In this document: one piece after another, positions 54,740 to 57,475 of the stretch
Layout: every line of letters begins with the position of its first letter
How positions within the stretch are numbered: the stretch's first letter is position 1
From: a virus
Virus record (IMG/VR): IMGVR_UViG_3300029536_000010
Coordinates: 1 to 57,475 of that record
DNA: 57,475 nt
Reading direction: 5' to 3' (one strand)
Translations under genes and position numbers: made by a program
The notes under the pieces: model-generated
The model's input: only the letters and a program-made list of their open reading frames with translations
Databases searched by the model: none
Told to the model about the DNA's origin: nothing

Positions 54740-54900
54740 AAAATTAAAAAAGGTTACAGCCTATAACTGTCAGCATCTTCGCAAAGATACTGGGTTGATT
54801 TCCACGAAACCCACCAGACCTTGTGACGGTCTTTTATTCAGCTTTCCGCTAGTGGGTAATGAAAGGATAGTGCGCTCACGCCAGCGCACGCATGAAAAAT
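54740..54900 (-). ncRNA. Candidate second structured ncRNA with terminator
   Basis: Minus: GTGCGCtggcgtgaGCGCAC; GACCgtcacaaGGTC; AGTATCTTtgcgAAGATGCT; ACAG...CTGTAACCTTTTTT. Confidence 0.45.
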
Positions 54901-54911
54901 TTATCGAAATT

Positions 54912-55118
54912 TTAACTAATCGGCATAATGTAAATTGGCGTCTTCGCCGTATACGCTTCGTGGATTTCATCAAATACTCCACGTGCTCTATTTTCTGTGT
55001 TGTATTGTCCGAGTATCATCTTTGACACACCAACAGAAATTATATATTTTCCATCGACAGATATGTCGTAATTTTCAAATTCAATTGATTTTGTTTTGTC
55101 TTGGTTTATTATTCTCAT
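54912..55118 (-). CDS. Small hypothetical phage protein
   Basis: MRIINQDKTKSIEFENYDISVDGKYIISVGVSKMILGQYNTENRARGVFDEI. Confidence 0.65.
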   Translation of the reverse strand: MRIINQDKTKSIEFENYDISVDGKYIISVGVSKMILGQYNTENRARGVFDEIHEAYTAKTPIYIMPIS

Positions 55119-55130
55119 TTTCTCTCATGA

Positions 55131-55168
55131 TCCATGCCGGTTTGATGGTTTCCGGCATGGTTTTTTAT
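55131..55168 (+). terminator. Strong hairpin with plus-strand T run
   Basis: CCATGCCGG...CCGGCATGGTTTTTTT. Confidence 0.65.
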
Positions 55169-55309
55169 TTAATTACTATAGGTTTTAGTTTTAAAAGCGA
55201 TCAAGATATAGATTCTGCACTTATTAGGCGGTGGCCGTCCTCTTCTCATTTTAGTCTCCGTGATATATTATTATTCACACCCGTTGAGCATTTACGGGAT
55301 GGAATCTCA

Positions 55310-55477
55310 TTATTTTGTCTTTTGCCATTTATCTTTGTGTTCCATCTGGCATTCAACCATTTCCCGGACATTTGTTCTCTCTTGCTTTATTCCGTGCCCC
55401 TGACGAAATAGCTCACATTCAAGTACGTTTCCACATTTGGAGCATTCATCCGTAATTTCTTTACCAAATATCCGCAT
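55310..55477 (-). CDS. Small Cys-containing protein (55 aa, missed by the ORF track)
   Basis: My translation: MRIFGKEITDECSKCGNVLKCELFRQGHGIKQERTNVREMVECQMEHKDKWQKTK (one residue near the middle may be misread). Confidence 0.5.
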   Translation of the reverse strand: MRIFGKEITDECSKCGNVLECELFRQGHGIKQERTNVREMVECQMEHKDKWQKTK

Positions 55478-55479
55478 CT

Positions 55480-55692
55480 CTATTCTCCTGCAAGAAATAA
55501 TGTGATTTTTTCAGCCAATGCATACGCTTCCTTTTCGCATCCGCGTCCGTATTCGCAAATTGTCGACCTGATTCCATCAAGCAGCGCATTGTAAAATACA
55601 TCATGTTTTTGTATCTCATCCGTCACAATCTGGCAAGATGTTTCAAGTACGACTTCGTGTGCTTTTTCTTTTATGATTTTATCTTCATTCAT
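55480..55692 (-). CDS. Hypothetical protein
   Basis: 70 aa ORF. Confidence 0.5.
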   Translation of the reverse strand: MNEDKIIKEKAHEVVLETSCQIVTDEIQKHDVFYNALLDGIRSTICEYGRGCEKEAYALAEKITLFLAGE

Positions 55693-55704
55693 GTTGTTCT
55701 CCTC

Positions 55705-55893
55705 TTACACCCGATTATCATTAAACAAAAACGAAAACGTTTGTGATTCAGGCACTTTCACACCACACAATGCACATGTTAGCCGAATCGCAGTGTTCCT
55801 ATCTCCGCATTTTTTGTAAAACTCACAATAAATCTCATAAAACATATCAACAGCTTTTAGCATTTCTTTATCAACCATCAGATAACCCTCCAA
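55705..55893 (-). CDS. Hypothetical protein
   Basis: 62 aa ORF. Confidence 0.45.
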   Translation of the reverse strand: MEGYLMVDKEMLKAVDMFYEIYCEFYKKCGDRNTAIRLTCALCGVKVPESQTFSFLFNDNRV

Positions 55894-56075
55894 AAGTTTT
55901 TCACATCTTCTACCCTGAACATAGCATTCACAGAGTCTTTATTGTAAAAACAAATGATTTTCAATTCCGTATCTATTGAACATCTGGTAGCTGAAATGTG
56001 GCAAAATCCATCATCTGTTTCAACTACGTAAGTCGGTTCAATTGGTTTTATATCTCCGTAAAGTACTCCTAGCAT
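55878..56075 (-). CDS. Hypothetical protein
   Basis: 65 aa ORF. Confidence 0.4.
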   Translation of the reverse strand: MLGVLYGDIKPIEPTYVVETDDGFCHISATRCSIDTELKIICFYNKDSVNAMFRVEDVKNFWRVI

Positions 56076-56317
56076 ATTGATTCTCCTTTAGTGGGGGCTT
56101 TTTGTTTTTTTGGGAATTCGGAGGACTTAGTAGTGGCTTTTTCAAGTTCTCATTTAACCCCCTCCCCCTGTTTGGTCTGTATTTTTTAATCTATACGACA
56201 AACATCTATTTGTCACATACATTAGCATCATTTTTCTAAGGGTTCGTTTAATTTCGTAATGTGTTCAATGATTTATTTTATCATTTTGTTTTCCTTGCAT
56301 TGAAATATTAAAATATA

Positions 56318-56968
56318 TCAATCTTTTTCCGTGATTTCTTCCGGTTCTACCGGTCCGAGCCTTGGCAACTGCTGCGCTGTGAGCATTGGCTCGCGTTCTT
56401 TTTCTCTGCTGACTCCTGGTAGGTTCCAACTGTGCCAGTGATTAAGTGATGGCAATACTTTCATCGGATTAGTCTTGTGATCTTGTAACATAGCTTCTAA
56501 GCTCTGCTCATTGTCAGACATAATTTGTTTAGCGAAGTCTATTTTCTGACTATTTAATATATTGCTATATTCTTTACCATCAAAATACTTACTCCCATTA
56601 TTCCAGTTATACAATGTCTGTTTGTTTATTCCTGTAAAATCCAAGAACCCTTTAATATTTAATATCTGGTTATGGCTCAGACATATATGTTTATATATAT
56701 TATATGCGTTTACAACCTTGGTGCCACAATAATCTCTGTAGTTATCGTCATACAATAAATTCCTAACATTTGGCTTTATGATAGTATCATGTATCGTGTT
56801 AATAATATCCAGCCATATCACCGGTGGTATATTACTCTCGTCAATACCTGCATCGATGCAGTAATTTGTGATCAGGTCCTTAACCACTGTCTTGAGATTA
56901 TCCGGAGTTATAGCCATGCACAATTCATCGTCCGATTGTAATTCTTGTTCTTTCTTTCTCCTTGCCAT
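56318..56968 (-). CDS. Terminase small subunit-like protein
   Basis: ILNIKGFLDFTGINKQTLYNWNNGSKYFDGKEYSNILNSQKI HTH region; position ahead of the large subunit and tRNA cluster. Confidence 0.45.
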   Translation of the reverse strand: MARRKKEQELQSDDELCMAITPDNLKTVVKDLITNYCIDAGIDESNIPPVIWLDIINTIHDTIIKPNVRNLLYDDNYRDYCGTKVVNAYNIYKHICLSHNQILNIKGFLDFTGINKQTLYNWNNGSKYFDGKEYSNILNSQKIDFAKQIMSDNEQSLEAMLQDHKTNPMKVLPSLNHWHSWNLPGVSREKEREPMLTAQQLPRLGPVEPEEITEKD

Positions 56969-57376
56969 GTTCTACACCTCCACACCTAAAAAAATAACGC
57001 CCACAAATAGATCTTGGTACTGATCCATCTGTGAGCGTGTTACACTTCTTTCTTGCCGTCCTTGCTCTCTTCTCCTATCCTTTGCAGCTGTTTACTCCCT
57101 CACACGGCATCCGGGACAACTTGCCAGTAATCATACTAGCGGGATTCGGTTCTGTTGTTGATATATATATCATACACAACAAAAGAGAAAAATACAAGTG
57201 CAATGCCTAAAGTTTTTGAGAAATTGTAATTCGTGGCGATGCGTGGCAATTTGCACTTTGATTTTGCGACTTTTTCTGGGTATATTCTGAGAACCTCGAA
57301 GAGGTTTGAAGAATATATCTCTTTTTAATTCTAAATCTTAATCTAAATCTATATCTAAACCTAAATCTATATCTGT

Positions 57377-57475
57377 GGAAACATTTTGGAAACAATTTGT
57401 ATACATTTTGGAAACATTGTACCCACAAGCACAAAAAAGACAGCCCCGAAGGACTGCCTAAAATTATGCTATTTA
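57377..57475. repeat. Second copy of 99-bp terminal direct repeat
   Basis: Identical to 1-99. Confidence 0.97.

Noticed and set aside
54770-54982. 70-aa Arg-rich minus ORF and overlapping plus ORF at 54795..55025
   Set aside because: Low-complexity composition and overlap with hairpins; probably not coding.
57207-57434. 75-aa Arg/Tyr-rich minus ORF (RYRFRFRYRFRLRFRIKK)
   Set aside because: Out-of-frame reading of ATCTAAATCTA-type repeats; the alternate frame gives the replisome-organizer-like DIDLGLDIDLD.
1-57475. CRISPR array, reverse transcriptase/DGR, restriction-modification or insertion sequence
   Set aside because: No regularly spaced repeats with unique spacers, no RT motif, no transposase, and no full R-M pair seen.

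Overview
The window looks like one complete circular temperate phage genome from a Firmicute (Lachnospiraceae/Clostridia-like) host. Bases 1-99 are repeated exactly at 57377-57475, so the unit is 57,376 bp. Almost all genes are on the minus strand. In transcription order they are: terminase and portal, an SGNH hydrolase and amidase endolysin, scaffold and capsid, holin-like genes, tail tube, tail chaperones (with a likely -1 frameshift), tape measure, tail tip, an immunity region with a cro/cI-like divergent pair plus a second repressor, an antirepressor, RecE/RecT/RusA and replisome organizer genes, a long run of small early/accessory genes, a Tn916-like Int/Xis pair, antirepressors, and a regulatory/plasmid-like arm with a toxin-antitoxin pair. 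The strongest leads are: (1) about 650 nt of non-coding, hairpin-rich DNA between tRNA genes (about 53.6-54.25 kb), plausibly a giant ornate phage RNA of the ROOL/GOLLD kind or a new one, with a second structured RNA candidate at 54.74-54.90 kb; (2) three paralogous small ribbon-helix-helix genes (MSPxxGRP family), each with its own promoter carrying a different pair of direct repeats in the same geometry; (3) a 13-bp x3 iteron-like array near a larger RHH protein, resembling a partition or operator site; (4) a duplicated 47-bp bidirectional promoter/operator element; and (5) several interrupted genes and unusual module placements. Family names come from recognising protein sequence, not from database searches.
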